From Mobula hypostoma (taxonomy: Eukaryota), in the NCBI RefSeq assembly GCF_963921235.1, contig NC_086108.1, positions 53,694,001 through 53,758,000 on the forward strand: a stretch of 64,000 bases of DNA, written 5' to 3'. This document shows positions 62,347 through 64,000 of the stretch, piece after piece. Position 1 is the first letter of the stretch. The number at the start of each line of letters is the position of its first letter. The notes under the pieces are model-generated. The model was given only the letters and a program-made list of their open reading frames with translations, was not told the origin of the DNA and did no database searches. The translations under genes were made by a program, and so were the position numbers.

Positions 62347-62646
62347 TTCTTTTTGGCGTGTGTGTGTGAGCCTGTGCGTGCGCGTCTGTGTCTGCGTGTC
62401 CGTTATGATGTCTTTTTCGTGGCTTTTACAAGGCGCGGAGCGAGAGAGAGACTGTGTGTCGTGCTACTCCTCACACAGACATTCTTGCAGTATTTTTCCT
62501 TTTATTTCACAAGGTCGAGTTGCAATCTCGACACTCAACCCGGCATGCATGGAAAGCGTACTCGGGGACGGACTCAACTGGGTCGGACATGGGAACCTCC
62601 GCTCCCGGGTCCAGCACCGATGTCGTTGCGCCACCAGCCGGCCCAA
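62347..62646 (-). mobile_element. Young tRNA-headed SINE, 300 bp
   Basis: Exact 15-bp TSD tgcaactggtttctt (62332-46, 62647-61); A-box-like TGGCGCAACG and B-box-like GTCCGACCC; CpG-rich; A-rich tail. Confidence 0.88.
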
Positions 62647-63346
62647 TGCAACTGGTTTCTTGATTTCTTCACTTGCAGACCCTGTATTGGCAACAACATC
62701 TCTGCTTCACAACCACCATCACCACAGGGGTACCACAAGGCCGTGTGCTTGGACCCCTTTCTCTACTCACTTTATACTTATGACTGTGAGGCTAAGCACA
62801 ACTCCAATGCCATGTTTAAGTTTGCTGACAACACCACAATCATTGGCTGAATCAAAGGTGGTGACGAATCAGCGTAGAGGAGGGAGATTGAAAATCTGGC
62901 TGAGTGGAGCCACAACAACAACCTCTCACTCAATGTCAGCAAGACCAAGGAGCTGATTATTGACTTCAGGAGGAGGAAACTAGAGGTCCATGAGCCAGGG
63001 CTCATCGGGGCATCAGAGGTAGAGAGGGTCAGCAACCTTAAATCCCTCGGTGTTATTATTTCAGAGGTTTAATCCTGGGAAGTGCTATTACAAAGAAAGC
63101 ATAGCAGTGACTCTACCTCCCTAGAAGTTTGTGAAGATTCAGCATGTCATCTAAACCTTTGTCAAACTTCTATAGATGTGCAGTGGAAAGTATATTGACT
63201 AGTTCCTAGAATGGAAAAGCTTTCAAAAAGTAATGGATACAGCCCAGTCCATCACAGGTAAAAGCACTGTCGCAGGAATGCAGTATCCATTATCCCCACC
63301 ATCCAAGCCATGCTCTCCTCTTGCTGCTGCTATCAGGAAGGAGGTA

Positions 63347-63403
63347 CAGGAGCCTCACCAGGTTCAGGAGCCTCACCAGGTTCAGGAGCCTCACCAGGTT
63401 CAG
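63347..63403 (+). repeat. Three perfect 18-bp tandem repeats
   Basis: (caggagcctcaccaggtt)x3 inside the Rex element. Confidence 0.95.
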
Positions 63404-63863
63404 CAGTTATCAACCATCAGGCTGTTGAACAAGAGGGGATAGCGTCGCACAACTTCACTCACCTCCAAAACTGAACTGTTCCCTCAATCTATGGACTCAG
63501 TTTCAAGGACTCTTCATCTCATGTTCTTAATATTTATTGCTTATTTATTGTTAATAATATTATTATTTGTTTTTGTGTATTTACTGTGAATGCCCGCATT
63601 CTCAGGATTGTTTGTGGTAATATATATGTACTTTGATAATAATTTTACTTTGAACTTTGACCTGCGTGTTCTTTGGCTCTATCTGAAAGGGTGGTAAATT
63701 CAGGCTCAGTAATAAACTGTGAGCATGGAATTGAATAATTACTGAAAGTGGAAACAATTGCAGGGCAATGTAGAAAGAACTGGGATGCACAATAGGAATG
63801 GCCTGATTTGATTGGCTGCCTTGGGTACTGGAGCATTTTTGGAGCATAACTGTTAGGAAGTTA

Positions 63864-63930
63864 CAGTACTGTGCAAAAGTCTCAGGAACACATATATAGC
63901 CAGGGTGCCCAAGACTTTCGCACAGTACTG
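63864..63930. mobile_element. 67-bp Tc1-like mini-MITE
   Basis: TIRs CAGTACTGTGCAAAAGTCT / AGACTTTCGCACAGTACTG (1 mismatch); TA on the left, CA on the right. Confidence 0.85.
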
Positions 63931-64000
63931 CATTTGTCAATGTGGAGCGGAGAGCAAGTTTGTGAATCTGGCAGGAGCAAATGATGTTAAGAATGGTGAG

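Larger units (their letters stand above)
62130..63660 (+). mobile_element. Rex1/Babar LINE 3' half interrupted by a SINE
   Basis: IDYISAFNTII, GYHKAVCLDPFLYSLYTYDC, FKFADNTTIIG, (actttga)n tail. Confidence 0.9.

Noticed and set aside
62312..62956. 214-aa and 173-aa ORFs
   Set aside because: Read-through across the antisense SINE and Rex RT remnants.
63347..63403. CRISPR-like repeat array
   Set aside because: No spacers, eukaryotic context, lies inside a LINE.

Overview
Eukaryotic, repeat-dense, non-coding DNA (large intron or intergenic). The repeat repertoire points to a cartilaginous fish, probably a ray; this is inferred from HE1-type V-SINEs, Deu-domain SINEs and CR1, Rex1/Babar and Penelope elements. 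I cannot support any intact host gene, rRNA, tRNA gene or CRISPR array. Most of the window is nested retroelement debris: many CR1 LINE fragments, including two young near-identical copies (30505-33066 with a 639-aa RT ORF; 48968-53237, split by an L1 insertion with a target-site duplication), Rex1/Babar, L2, RTE and L1 fragments, two Penelope-like (PLE, GIY-YIG) families, SINEs and two Tc1/mariner-type MITEs. The less ordinary signals are: (1) minimal type-I hammerhead ribozyme motifs in the PLE pseudo-LTRs, intact at 197-232, decayed elsewhere, and in tandem inside a ~500-bp non-autonomous retrozyme-like unit at 41004-41510; (2) a frameshifted PPP1R15B/CReP-like host-gene fragment at 39535-39863 between CR1 pieces; (3) a teleost-looking L2 3' end nested in a PLE; (4) a young tRNA-headed SINE with a 15-bp TSD; (5) a CpG-bearing unique patch at 6265-6545 with three GTAAGT splice donors, possibly an alternative first exon or promoter. 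Family names come from motif recognition, not database searches, and boundaries of old elements are approximate (tens of bp).
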